Assembly (NCBI RefSeq): GCF_001186125.1
Contig: NW_014040518.1
Span: forward strand, 60,604 to 116,509
Reading direction: 5' to 3'
DNA length: 55,906 nt
Source: Sphaeroforma arctica JP610
Taxonomy: Eukaryota
In this document: positions 1 through 14,100 of the stretch, one piece after another
Numbering within the stretch: position 1 is the stretch's first letter
Layout of the letters: the number at the start of each line of letters is the position of its first letter
Translations under genes and position numbers: made by a program
The notes under the pieces: model-generated
What the model was told of the DNA's origin: nothing
What the model saw: only the letters and a program-made list of their open reading frames with translations
The model's database searches: none

Positions 1-460
1 ATAATTTTCCCTCATGACCACAAGTGATGAGGGAAAATTATAACAGAAACAGCTGGCACCAAAGACCTTAGACCACGATTGACGAGGAGAAATTATAACA
101 TTAGCGATAGGCACCAAAGACATTAGCAACAGATCTGACACTGACAACAACACACTACGACTTGTAGTACATATATAGAACAGCCGTTCTGTTGCCTCGA
201 GTGTGAGTTTCGATAAGATTTATGTTTTGACAACTTGTATTTGTTTTGTCGCTCTATATTGATAATATGACAATGTGACACTTGCAGCCACGAGAGTGTC
301 GCTTGACCATACGACTGCATGGCTCAGGATATCCAGTGCAGCAGGCAGTGCAGGTGATGGGGCGAATAGTACACTTGTATATCGCCCGGTGCCCGCCCGC
401 CCACACCTCACAATTTGAAGAATCCGAATTTTCAGAGCAGCCAGGGCTCTAGTGATCCCG

Positions 461-548
461 TGCATCCTAATAATGCATAGTTGCATATCCTATCGTGCAT
501 AGCATGCATCCTAATAATGCATAGTTGCATATCCTATCGTGCATAGCA
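461..548. repeat. 44-bp tandem duplication
   Basis: tgcatcctaataatgcatagttgcatatcctatcgtgcatagca occurs twice. Confidence 0.9.
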
Positions 549-714
549 GGTAAGGTGGCACCCTAAACGGGTTCCAAATGTTCAGGCGGTCCGCCCACGA
601 GCCAGGCCATAGTGTCTCTCTGGCGCATACGGTAATTGCCTGACAATGAACGCGTTCATTGTATGTCGGTGGATGGAGTGTTAGCATAGTTTGTGCTCCG
701 TCAATGTGACTGTC

Positions 715-3700
715 TCACTGCACGCCTCGTTTCCGTTTGCGTTGGTGTGACATACCCTCCAAGTCATCGTCGTCGTCGCTCTTCGTGTCTGACTCCATCT
801 CAAGCGCCTCAGCCGTAGGCGATCGTATGCTATGTAACGACAAACGGGGTGACTTGACTGACCCAGCCCTCGCTCGTGGGATCGGAATATGACCAGCGTT
901 GTCTACATTCAGGCCCGTACCAGCGGCGGGGCTAATGGAAGCGTTTGTCTGACCCAACTCCAGCGGCGTATTCAGAGAAGGCACCGAGAAGGTTCTCATA
1001 TCGACACTACTCCCGGTGCTCGTGCGTGTCAGTGCATCCGTGTGCGGGTTGATGTTGTTATTGGTATTGCCATTGGTACTGTAAATTGTAGACGGACTTG
1101 AGCTTAGAAGTCCATCAGAACCAGCATACGGGTTTGTACTCGTGTTGTTGATCATATTCGGGTTCGCATTGGGGTTGAGCGTTGCCAGTTGCTGTTGTGT
1201 GGTAGCACCAGTCAAATCTGGGATGCTGGACAGGTCTATACTATCCGCCATATTAAACATATTCTCGTACTCGTCCATGTCGAACGTGCTATCTATATTA
1301 GACCCCATGTCAAGCCCCCCATTCCCATCGATTTGGCTCAACAGCGGGTTCATCTGGGCGTCGCCGTCCCCCATCAAAGGCGGCAGAGGCGAGTATATAA
1401 ACTCGCCATCCTTTCCACCGGCAGCCAACTGAGCCAGCCCTGTTTCATTCAACTGCGGTGGTGTTGTGACTACCGGTTGTACGCCACTGTAGTGTGCAGA
1501 CGTGGGTCGTGCAGCCTGTGTCTGTTCATTCTGTGGCAGCATAGACGTCCCGTACGCCGCTTCGTTGCCCTGGGTCTTGGCGTCGCCCTGCCTGGCTTGC
1601 TGTAGCAGGTGTTGATTGTGCTGCTGTTGCTGCTGCAGTAACTGCAGCTGCTGCTGCTGTTGTATCTTCTGTTGTGCTTGTAGGGTTTGTAGGGTTTGCT
1701 GTGATTGCGGCTGTCGCAGTTGCTGAGTCTGTTGTTGCGCCTTCATCTGTTGCAGTTGCTGTTGTTGCTGCATGTTCCTCAGGTATTGCCGTTGCATTTG
1801 CTGTTGTTGAGTCAGCTGTACGCCTTGCGGTTGCTTACCGAAGTTTGTATTGACATTTGTATTCATAAGGTTGTCAGTATTCGCATTGGGGGCAGTCTGC
1901 CACTGGGGTGTCGCCATGCCCATGCCCAAGCCATTCCCACCCAGGCCACCCGATAACGTAGACCCGGACCTATCCAAGGTGCTCGTGTCCTTATTCAACC
2001 CACCTGCGGCGACTGACTGGTTACCACCTATGCCTAGGCTGTTGGTACTCTCCGGTGCTTCGTTGACGCCCATGCTCATGGTACTGCTACGCCGTTCGCT
2101 AACGTCATTGCCACTGTTAAGTCGTTGAACCCCAATGCTGTTCCTGTCTGCCGTCGCAGTGTTGTCCTCAGGGGGACTGGACACACTGTACATGACGGGA
2201 TCGTTACCTACACTGCCTGGTGCATTCGCGCCCAACGATGAATTGACAGCCGCCAGACCACCGGCGGAGTTCCTATTGAATGTGTCTGTCTGTGCGTATA
2301 TGATGTCGAGGTCATTGGATAGCCTATTCAGCCCCGAGTCCTGCTTCGTGTAGAGGTCACCCATGGCGTGTGTGCCGCCCTTGCCCTGCCCTGCCGCGAA
2401 CGGTTTTTGTTGGTTCGAGGCTGATTGCTGCATGCTCAGTTGCAGTTGGATCCTCTGTCGGTCTATCTCCATCTGCTGCTGCTGCAGATGTTGCTGTGTC
2501 TGGCGAATCAGGTCTAAGTGGGGGTGGCTGTATGCGAGCACCAATTGATTGTTACGGTCCGCCGTCAGCGAGCTTGTATCTGTATTTGCAGCCGTGTTGC
2601 TTTTCTGCCTAGTGATTTTCTTCCCTTTTGTGCTTGGGCTCGCTTTCGCCTTCAGCCCAGCACTTTTACGTGTCTGGTTCGCCTGTTTCATTCCCGTGCC
2701 CGAGGACATACCTATGCGATCGCCATCGATGCTGTTGGTATCGCTTAAGCTGCTGGTGTTGGACAGCATGTGCACTTCTGGCTGTGTGCTTGTGCGTAGT
2801 CTGTGGCTAGTGGTTGACCGTGGTTGTACTGCAGGGGTGCTGTCGGCCGAGATGAAGCGGTCGTTGCCATCGCCTTCAATGGACATCTCCACATCATTGG
2901 GCGCCGACTCAATGGCAAAGGGTACCAAAGAATTGCTCATCCCAAACAGGGGCGTGTCCTCGTCATACGCAGTCACGTTGCTGTTGTTATGTGCGTGTGC
3001 TTGCGCTTGTGTGTATGTGCCGTGTTGTTGCGTAGCCGTCTGGAACATCTGCATGATTGTATTGCTCTGATTGGGTTGGCTCTCCAGCTGTTGGCGAATG
3101 AAATCATGGGAATACACACTTGCCAAGAACTTCAGAATCTTTTCAATGGACGAATGTACCTCATGTGACTTAGAGATGCTCATAATAGATGAGGACATCA
3201 GTGCCTGGTTCTGACTCCTGCAAGTGGAAGTGCAAAAGGGTAGTTACGGAACAATGTGTCAGGCGGTACATAAGACATACACAGCTAACTAAAAAGTGGG
3301 AGACGTGATGCATACACTAGAAAAAGTGGGAGACGTGATGCATACACTAGAAAAAGTGGGAGACGTGATGCACACTAGCAAAAGTGGGAGACGTGATGCA
3401 TACACTAGCAAAATGGGAGACGTGATACATACACTAGCATTTGGATGGGCATAAAGCACTTCTGCACTGGATGGCGGCCTCTCGATGGTATTGCCAGTCA
3501 TCCTTGGTACACACCATAGGCAACGAAATATACAAGACGCACCATGTCGGGGTTCAGGAATATAAAGTAACTAACTTTGAACGTCAAATGCATATACCGT
3601 AGATCGGAGGTCTCCTGCTTAAGCTGTGCCACTTCTTTCTTCATCTGTTCATTTTCGGTTCTTATTTGTTGAAACTGTGATTGAAGCGAAACTGCGAATT

Positions 3701-4100
3701 AAACAGCTGACATCCGTAGCAAGCAGGATGATCAGGAATGTGTAGATTCAACTACCATTGATGATTTTGCTGCCCTGGTAGATGGTTGCTGAGAACGATT
3801 TCCAGTGCTACAGTCGAGAAAACCAAATTCGTCAGGACCACACACACACACATATATATATATAGATATATATGTGTGTGTAAGTATACATAATACACCA
3901 GCACGCATGATACATAACATACACGTACGCTTAAATGTAAATGTTATATATCCAGAAAAACAAGTACACACGCATATATACATATATATATTAATATGTA
4001 CACACACACACACATATATATATATAATATACAGACATATCTATATAAATATAGATACAGATATATGAATTTATATATGCAAATAAAAACACACACATAA

Positions 4101-4135
<35 letters not shown>

Positions 4136-4662
4136 CATATTTTTGTGTATGCGTATATGCGTACTCATCATATATATGTATGTATGTATGCAAGCATGCA
4201 ATATATATATATATATATATATATACATACATACATACGTTTATATATATATATAGATATGATGAGTGTATACGAGCGTAAACGTACGAGTTTTATCTAT
4301 GTACAAATATGATGCGCAAATACATACACACAAACAAAAACATACATTATTATAGACACGTAAAATTACGTATGTAAACACATTTAAAATACTTGCATCA
4401 TATATTATATATTTATATATATATACGTACACACATGCGAACATACATACTCTTAAATACATGCATCTCATAAAAACACGCACACGCAAACGCAAACACA
4501 AACGCAGAAGCAAACGGAAACGCACAGACACACACATATATATTTATATACATACATACACACGCACATATATATATATACATATACATATATGTATATA
4601 TATATATACATATACATATATGTATATATATATACTACATATAGTTATATATATATATATAT

Positions 4663-4709
<47 letters not shown>

Positions 4710-4874
4710 CTCGGGAATATATATGACTAACTTAGAAATGAATGTCAAGGTAGAAATACATAAACACAGAAACATATTTAATTCTAATTAAAATAAATGA
4801 AAGTGAGTAAGAGAAATTAAAAACATGAACACACACGCAAACATATATATACACACACACATACACATATAGAT

Positions 4875-4905
<31 letters not shown>

Positions 4906-6263
4906 AATAAGCATATAAATGTATAAGCATATAAATATGTAAGTATAAATATGTATATGAACATATATATATATATATACGTTTATATATATATAGCTCT
5001 GATTATTATTTACTGCGGCAGTGTCTCAAGTGGTAACGCTTTAATCGACTCCCTCCCAAAAGACGTATAAATTCATAATATGTATACGCATATATATATA
5101 TATATATATATATGCGTGCATACATCTACATATCTATATCTATTTCTATATATATATATTTATATATATTTATTTACATATTAGGAGTTGATGAATATAT
5201 CTGTAAACTAAATCTTTACAACATAAGATACTTCCGCAATGAAAGATATTTAGAGCCTACGAAAAAATCGAAAGGAGATGCAAAGATTGTATACGCAAAC
5301 GGTAATTGATATACTATCTCGTTGCAAATCGCCTTATTCCAAAGTTTTAATACTAATTCCACTCTTGTGTACGGCAGACGTGCTTTCTAGTACTTTTAGT
5401 AAAGTAAATGCCACACAAATTCTAATTGGCAAGCCAACTACAGCTAGTGAACCTGTCAGTATCCGCACAAAAACTTGGCGTTGTGAGTTGAATTTGAGAG
5501 TACACTGGTGGAAGTTTACCGCAAGACGCTTAGATGGGACTTACTAAATACTATATAGATGAGACATACTAAACAGACTGATAAGCTATTTGATATGACG
5601 ACTGTACACCTGCCTCTACAGAAATCTAAATCAGCAATAACACAGCGCAACAAAATCCAACTCACCGAGTTGAACAGACCGGCTCTATGTATTCAAGGAT
5701 TTTTCGCACACACATGCACACCACCGAGTTTGATAGCACTATCCCAGCCTAGCACCCACATCAACGCACTCCCCAATGTAACATACACATTAGCTAACTG
5801 TCCATGGACACACTCTGCTGCATACCTGTTTAGCAAGCTCATCGACATCCACACTTGATTCCACTTTCACCTTATTGGCCGTGGTGGAGTGGGTCTTTCT
5901 GTGTATGTTGACTAGCAACTCAGGGTGCCCGCGTCTGAAGCTGGGATGTGTAAAGCGCCATGCATGAAACTCTCCCGGCTGCACAATGCCCTTCTGCGGA
6001 GCCATGACCTTGCTGAAGTCATACATGTTCAATTGCCGCACAAACGTTGCAAAGTTATTGTGCTTGAAGTAGTGTGGCAGTATGTCCTTAGCGAACGACT
6101 CAGCATTGACTAGATTGAACCCATCGCCCTGATCGTTCCAGCCTATGCAGTTGTTTGAATTCGCATCGTCCACCATATGGTACAGCTTACGTAGGAATGG
6201 CGTAGGCTGAGCCAGAGCCTTCGCCGACTTGCCATCGGCAGCTAACGTGCCCGTTGCACCCAT
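715..6263 (-). CDS. Heat shock factor (HSF) family transcription factor, about 1017 aa; exons 6263-5826, 5684-5666 (19-nt microexon, tentative), 3691-3598, 3217-715
   Basis: Exon 1 encodes an HSF DNA-binding domain ([12 protein letters not shown]...IGWNDQG...[26 protein letters not shown]...[11 protein letters not shown]). The next exons encode an HR-A/B-type coiled coil ([38 protein letters not shown]...[12 protein letters not shown]). Donors GTATG/GTGAG/GTATA and acceptors TAG/CAG keep phase into the 827-aa ORF, a Q/N/S-rich tail ending in a basic QRKRKR. Confidence 0.9.
3286..3440. repeat. 30-bp minisatellite, about 5 copies (HSF intron)
   Basis: Unit aaaaagtgggagacgtgatgcatacactag. Confidence 0.9.
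3840..5180. repeat. Compound (TA)n/(CA)n microsatellite tract (HSF intron)
   Basis: Directly visible; it explains the many YI/TH-rich spurious ORFs. Confidence 0.9.
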
Positions 6264-9260
6264 TGTAACGTAGGTGGGATGCCTCCCTCACTCTCAAATT
6301 ATACTATGTGATCGTTAATAGACTACCTAAACCTGGCTACGCCCGGCTATATATAGTTTAGTGATACAGACCCCTGTAGGTGACCTTCGTGACTTTTAAA
6401 TCAACTCTAGTGCCCGAGAGTATGCGAATCTAGCAACTGTCTAAATTACGAGGTAAACTGTTTTGTACACAGACACCGAGCTGTAGAGCGGAAGAGATTT
6501 TGATCCTTCGCCAAGTAGGGGTAGGGATATTCGTCTCACTCACAACAGTCTGCAGTAAGTATATACTATTAGTATAGCTCCTTTAGAAGCCTCTCTGTGC
6601 TTTAACCCGTACGTGCTCCATCGTATATATGCACATAAAGCACACGGTGATGACTTTGTCGAAATCGAGTGCAACCCTTTCCGACCAATATTATTTGTTT
6701 ATTACTCACACCCCCACGGACTCATCGGACTTTACGAACCACGGAACCACAAATAGGTTTTCTGAATAATCTGAACCCAAAATATTTTTTTTGAAAGAAT
6801 TTCCACGCACCACTATTCAACCAGTATTTAATGACCAATTGACCACACCCACACCGCAAGGTCCCTAGGCCATACTTGGACCATTTTCTAAAAACAAATA
6901 AGCAAGGCTATTTGTAAATAAATGTCCCGGCCCCCCAGAGAGTCAGACCTGCAGGTACAGTATAAATAGTACAGAGTTTAAAAAAAATGAAAAAATACAG
7001 TCGGTATATAAACTATAAAGTGCCCCTGCACCCTAAGGGCCCTGCCACAGGGCACAGGGCCACGCCCCTCACCCACGTCCTATATGAATTTTGTATGTAC
7101 ATACAGTAAAAAAAATATAATATTTATAAAAGTGTATTTATTTAAAAAAAAAAAAATTGTGATGACAATATTCATATTGGTCCAAAAGACCGAAACGATC
7201 AGTCATAAATAAAGCGATCACTCACATCAGACCGGCTGGACTGCTGGAGAATATTCCACAAATGGCCATTTTTGAAGTCTGAGCTATTTTTTTTTTACGA
7301 CAATACAAAATAACGTCAACTCGTTTTGTTTTGGTTTTGCACCAAAAATGAAGTCACGTTTATCGCACACGCAAAAGTGATGATATGTACTTCATACGTT
7401 TTCACCGTAAAAAGGATAAACTGCCCCCACAGATCCCGATTGTACTCGCATGATGACATAATAAACGTTTACATTTCAAACAAAAATTGAAGTCAGAAGT
7501 CTGGACAGTGGACAACGGCATTCTCATTTTTGCTTTATAAATAGAATAGATCACAGAGTGTGATAGAGCCTTTGTCGTCGGCGTGACAAGAAAACTATAA
7601 ATACTGTGCATACACAACTCTAGACTAGAGAAAAAATAGAACAATTGCTTCTCCTGCCACAAGCTAGTGCCACTGCCACTATGCATAGAGCAAATATAAT
7701 ATATGTACGAAGAACACAACACAGCGGACCTGATCGTTGGATGGACACGACAAAGCATGGATACTGCGCGACCTGATTCAGCGTTCGTGACTATCTGCTT
7801 GCCAGCCTGTGGTATCAGACTATAACTCCATTTCAATCATTCAAAATAAACTCAACCCGGGATTTTTATTTCAGGTGGCAGAATTTTCAATGCCTGATGC
7901 TTCTGCGAACAACCCACACTACAGTGAGAAAATTGCGTGAGATGCGTTTTACACTCATGTTTCCATATAAACTCGTAGCAGACACTTGCTTAGTACAGTT
8001 ACTTTATAACAGCTAAATTCGGAACAGACACCTGCTTAGTACAAGTTACTTTATAACAGCCTACTTAAATTTCATAGAGGGACTGTGATGGTTGGCATTT
8101 TTCCAGCGAAGGGTAATGAATCCCGAGGTAACGTAGGAATTGTCTCCTTATAACCAATCCCTGTTATATTTACGTATTTCAAGTGTTTTATTTTTATCAT
8201 TACTTTATATGTATAACTCAGAAGGCTATGTTAATATCGTAGTACATTACCAGCCATGAACGAGATGAGAACAATGAACATGTGAATGATGTGATACATA
8301 CTAAATATTAAAAAATAAACAAAGACAGCCGACACTCCGGCCGTTGTCGATGACTCGCCGTCCAACAAAACGCAGTACTAATAATTATCGCTTTTGTAAT
8401 CTCGCAAACCCAATCAGAAAGCGTTAAAAACAATAAAGGTGGAGATTGGTGACTATATCTGTTTTTACTATATCGAATGCACCATTTCGATTTTATCGAC
8501 TATCGTATAGTAGTAGAGTGTGTACCTATTTTTCAAAAATATTTGGGTGATTTTTTTGTCTCTATAAAGATACTAAAACTCATCAAGTTATTGTACAACC
8601 ACAAACAGAGGATAAATATACGTAAATAGCATAACCTTCTCTTTATCTAGACTATGCAAATAGTGAATATACTAACATAGTACTTAGTAAATCTACAAAA
8701 GAACAATACAGCTATCACTAGGAGAAAAATACGGCTATCAATTGGAGATCCAACCAGGTGTCAGTAGGCGAACAATATAGCTATCAGTCGCATATCTATA
8801 CAGGTAATATCATCGTATTAATATGGTTGACGAGCCCAGGAAGCATAGACATTTGAGAGATAGATTACATAGGAGGAAGGATAAAGGACAGATATCTCCC
8901 ATACCCATCATTGATACAAGTCAAGATGGGAGTTTCTTCTCCAGCGTACCAAGCTTCAAATCAATTGATAGCTTTCGACGTCAAAGGTAAGTACGAGTAC
9001 AGCTTGGCAACCGGATTTTACTGTTATTGTGGCATTTAATATTACATGTATTTACACTATTCCATGGATCGCTCCATGGTTCACCTATATATATTCTGGG
9101 AATGAGTTCTATTTTTCGCATTTCATAAAATTCACTTGTTTCAAGGCTCTGCTGGTTGCTATAATGTCCAGTTCCCAGTGCTTTGATCAATAGACAACTT
9201 CTGCTTATAGGCTTATACTAATCATTAGATCCTATTAATAAATAAGCACATATCTACTCA

Positions 9261-9264
<4 letters not shown>

Positions 9265-9349
<85 letters not shown>

Positions 9350-9382
9350 NTATATATATATANNNNNNNNNNNNNNNNNNNN

Positions 9383-9413
<31 letters not shown>

Positions 9414-9416
9414 ATA

Positions 9417-9473
<57 letters not shown>

Positions 9474-9490
9474 TTATATATATATAAATA
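9265..9490. repeat. (TA)n microsatellite containing an assembly gap
   Basis: Long TA run with N at 9350 and an N run at 9363-9382. Confidence 0.95.
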
Positions 9491-9633
9491 TATTGATTTT
9501 TAATCTGAATCGCGTTGCATCTAAATGTCTGCCTGCGTGCTGTGACCATGTAGTGTCATCCCACACGCGTGTATCATAAACATTGAATTCTTGAGTCTCA
9601 CCCGGCATCCCACACCCTCTTACTTTGACGCAG

Positions 9634-10066
9634 TTCATCTTCTCCACCGCCAATCCCCGTTGCGAAGTCGTTCAATGACAGCCGATGGCATCGCTCCATG
9701 CTGTTCTTGCGCGCTGCCAAACGCGAAGAGCACAGACTGGCCAAGATAGCGGTCAACAAGAACGGCAGCAGCAGATGGGACGCTAAAGGGCATATGAAGG
9801 AAGACGCCAAGAAGCACACCGTGTTCGTTCGGTCGCATGACGAGCTGTTTGCGCTGCGGCGGCAGGACTCGAAACTGATGGATAGACTACCCAGTTGGGA
9901 TGAAACACCACCGGACACCGGGGCACAGGACGACTCACAGATGCTCAGGCAAGGCCACGAAACCACCGCCCAACTGGCAGGTGACTATGACTTTGATTTC
10001 CTACCCCCGATACCTGCAGCCGTTTCTGCCAAAGAGAAAGCGACGCAAAAAAAGTCGATTTCGTAA
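9634..10066 (+). other. GC-rich coding-like open frame of unknown function (orphan exon or transposase fragment)
   Basis: The 122-aa ORF 9698-10066 stays open upstream to a plausible acceptor (ctttgacgcag, ending 9633). Composition is coding-like within AT-rich flanks. No confident family motif. Confidence 0.3.
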
Positions 10067-11141
10067 CGGCAACAGTGTGCATGTTTGAGAAACAACATCC
10101 CAATCCAACATTAGTAATAGCATCCATGGTGCAATGTCTGCCCATAATGACCAAATAAAATCAAGTAACCCACCCGGTAACATCCACAGCAAAAACTGTA
10201 TCCGATCCCTGGCTATCACACACTGCCTGACACCTTGGCCCCACTTAAACACCCCATACGCATACCCTGGCTATCAGGCTATCGAACGCTCTGTGATTAT
10301 ATCTCGTTGCAACCGTTAGAGCATCATTCGCTATGTTCTTTCGATAGCCCGCTCTATCAAGCAGACTTGTGCGGATACAGATACCCGTTATTTATAATAG
10401 GCATTTATATATACCTCTGATAAGGACAGGGTATGATCGACCATAAAGTGAGCAAGCCCTTTCTTGCGTTCTACTGGCTTCAAATTCGGACCATTGAAGT
10501 GTGTGCGTGGCTATTCTATTCCGAACCTTTGGGAATTGGCATTTTTGCAGCTTTGCAGGGTTTTAGGGTTCTTAGTAGTTTGTCCTATGTTATGCTATAC
10601 CAGCAGTCATTTGATCTGCGTCTGTACGTATGAATGACAGCATTAAAGAATGCTTGTATTACAAGTCACTTGATATCATGATATTACCATTGCACAAAAG
10701 GAAATGGCATACTTGTCATCCACGACAATCGACCGTTTTTTAATGGTATGTTATAATAAACACACCCACAAGGTTCAAATAGCACAGGTGTGTACCATCT
10801 GGACACATAGGCGCCTGTTCGTCTCCAGCAGTGTAGGGCAAGTAATATCGATATACAGTGGGCACAGTACTCGGAGACCGTGAAAACGCAATGGCTTGAC
10901 TTTTGAGATGGAGTAGAAGCGGATTAACTTACATGTTCTCATGCTGTACAGAACCTTTATTCTCAAACGTAGGCTATTGGGCCCCGTGGGCACGTTGACT
11001 AAATCGTACCACATACTCGTCAAGGTATACTGATCCATGAATGGTGCCCAAGGATTCGCAACCCATAACTAGGTCACCCCAACAGATGCACACAAGCTCA
11101 GCACTCGAGTCATGCATGCACATACATATGCCACCGACGTC

Positions 11142-14100
11142 TTAAACAGCGGCAGCTCCGGAGATAATCTCGATAAGCTCGTTGGTGATAACGGCTTGTC
11201 GGGTACGATTGTATCGCAGAGTAAGCTTCTCAATCATATCTCCGGCGTTGGAGGTAGCGTTCTCCATAGCCTGCATACGAGCACTCTGCTCAGCGGCCTG
11301 GGCGATCAGCATTGATCCGTAGAGTGTGGAGGCTAGCGTGAACTCACCGTACGACTCTAGGGTGCCCTCGTCAACCTCGTACTTGGAGGCAATGCTCTCT
11401 GTTGGGGTGCGTGTGTGATGGATAAGCATTGGACCAGAATGATACGTATGCTATGGGGTGGGTTGCTGGGCGTGTGTGTTTGAGAGGGTCTGCAACTATA
11501 GCACACAGGGGTACTGGCTGGCGATGGAACAGACACTCGACGACCAAATGGGACAATGATGAGATTGGGTTGAGTAATGCTCGCGCACTGATATCTACTA
11601 TTTCGTTAGGGTTGACGCAGAGCAATTGATAGGCTATAGACTGTAGCTATGCACAAGACTGCGCATATAACGCGAGTCGTGAGGGTTTAAGGGGTTATAT
11701 GCATACGTTGGCAGCAGAAATAGACAGACTTCTGATCTACACCCAACACGAGCTAAATGATGACCTTAAACTGCGTACACAATACACTTCCAAGTGCAGT
11801 AGTGGATAATATCAAACACCACTGTCTCACGGTAGTATGCACAGCGTCTAACAACTCCAACCACTTACCCATTTCGCTTAAGCTGCTGGGGTTAAAGATG
11901 GTCAGGGAGGTGGGCTCGTAGGCGATGGCCGAGAGGAACTCGTTGTAGTACACCTGTCCCTTGTTCCACTCGACACCACTGCTCAGCACATAGTCAGCCA
12001 GGGCAGCCGCCTCCACAAAGACGGGGGGCTGTGCAAGGGGTTGAAGGATGTGTGTGAGTATATGAATATATGTCATAAGCATATGGACTACAGGAACGAA
12101 GGGGGGCTGTAAGAGTGGCTAACCCATATATATATACATTAATATCTCGTACATACGTGGGATGATGGCATAAAACATAGGAATATAAAGTTGTATTGAT
12201 AGGAGACACAGAATACCGGAAAATCAAACTCCGTGGTGCTAAGGAAGAGCTAACTCCAAAAATCGAAATGTCAAGATTCATCCGAATACCCAAATAATTG
12301 CACACCAATGCCGCCTGGCGGATCTTGAGAGGTGGCCAACAGACTAATAATAGAATATAAAACACAAGCACACACAGCCGCAATAGCCGTGCGCACAGAA
12401 ATCAAAATACACATAAAACTCTCATGTGTGCGACTGTGGATGGCTACGAATCACAGAGGTGCGCCCATGTATAGGGACATACAGTGTAGCGTATAAGCGT
12501 ACGGTAAAGACACTGATAACATACCCTCTTGCCGATCTCGGCGAAATGTGCTTGGATGTTCTTGGGGTAGATACGTTGCAGCTGCATGCGCACCTTGTCA
12601 CCCCAGATAAACACCTTGGCCTCGGAATCCTTGCTCAGAACGGGCTTGACAGCCTTGGTAATGGCCGAGTGGATACCACCACACAAACCACGATCTAATA
12701 TAGACGTATGATGCAAGAGCCAGAAGGGGTGTCTCCATGAGTACTCGGGAGCATATCACCAGGATATATCTGCCATCACTAGAAAGTACCTAAACACCAC
12801 CCACCGTAAACCGACCTACTTACAAGCGTGTATGTGGGCACGGGTGGTTACCCATGTTCAATAGCACCAGATTGCACACATGTGTCAAATAGGACTCACT
12901 GCACATATGTGTGACCTCGCTAACCAAGGGCGTGGGTGCAGCTATGGATATCTATATGGGACTACGCGTATCTATCTCACAATAATTGTCCTTGCAGACA
13001 CAGCCGAACGCAACCTTGTATATAAAGTGACTTTGCACTTGAGTATCGCTTCAGAAACCAAAGATCTATTTTATGCTAGTGCATACAATTGCAGCACTTC
13101 TTCCATCAATCTCCAACATATGGTTGAAAAATATTGTAACACGATACACACGCATATATATACATGCACATATATATGGGCTTACCGGATGACAGGCAGA
13201 TAATTACACGGCCCTGGTAGTCGTCCTCAACAGTGATCTCAGCAGCCTTGGACAAACCTAAACAATAAGAAGTACGTGTTCGTGGGCGCACAAGCGTGAG
13301 AGTGGGTAGCAAGTGGAAATGGATAGCTTTGCATCCGCGCACAAAGGTATGTATTCGTTTGCAACACACAGGACACAAACTGGTCGTAATACGTTTACCG
13401 GTGATTAAGAATGTAGACGTATAGATACATCACTCATACATATCTCCATACAGACACAGTCCATTGTATTTGCACCATCCAAGCACAGATCAACAATAAA
13501 CATGGACGCCTGCGAACATGCCATCGACTGATATGTTACATTCGTATTCACAACTAATACTTGTTCACCACTTGCGGCAGATCATATGCAATCCAGAATG
13601 CAACCACAACGCAACACTGAGTCTTGCAGAACCAAATACATGGCAATTGCCCAGTCACCACCACTCAACGAATGACACTCCATAAATGCCCCCCACACGC
13701 ACCCTGCATTTAGAACTACACATGGACCACTCGGGTGGAATGCGCCGTGTACATAAAACCAGAGTGCACGCACAGACATGTGCCTTTACTCAAAGCCCAC
13801 AGCATGCATCACTATACGCGTACAGGAACTCAACTATATCCATGTAAAACAATACTCCAGGCCTTACCACAGATGACCTGCCAGTACATACGTTAGATAT
13901 GCCTGATTTGATACGAATAGTCATATACCGTGAATTAGACAGGATGGTGCATGCTTGACTGGTCATCCAGAATATATATATATATATATACAAATACACA
14001 TATGTATGACTAGACCTACCAGCCGCTCCACGGGCGAAGGGCATGCCAGCCTTCATTTGTCGCTCAGCGCGCGAGAACTTTGCGGCGGACACCATTTTCA

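Noticed and set aside
889..3168. Many + strand ORFs of 60-173 aa
   Set aside because: They are antisense shadows of the long HSF exon with no independent motifs.
3732..5309. YI/TH/CV-rich ORFs (also at 17.9-18.8, 38.7-41.4, 43.1-44.1 and 45.6-46.2 kb)
   Set aside because: They are translations of TA/CA microsatellites inside introns.
6780..7260. Heat-shock elements upstream of HSF (autoregulation)
   Set aside because: Only two-unit GAAnnTTC matches are present, as expected by chance in AT-rich DNA.
8830..9190. Minus-strand VLTFDVESY resembling a Penelope RT motif
   Set aside because: It is a single short motif with no other RT motifs in a recoverable frame.
13695..13772. Minus-strand hairpin (GCACTCTG/CAGGGTGC) in ATP gamma intron 3 as a snoRNA
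   Set aside because: No H or ACA box at the expected distance and no recognisable target.
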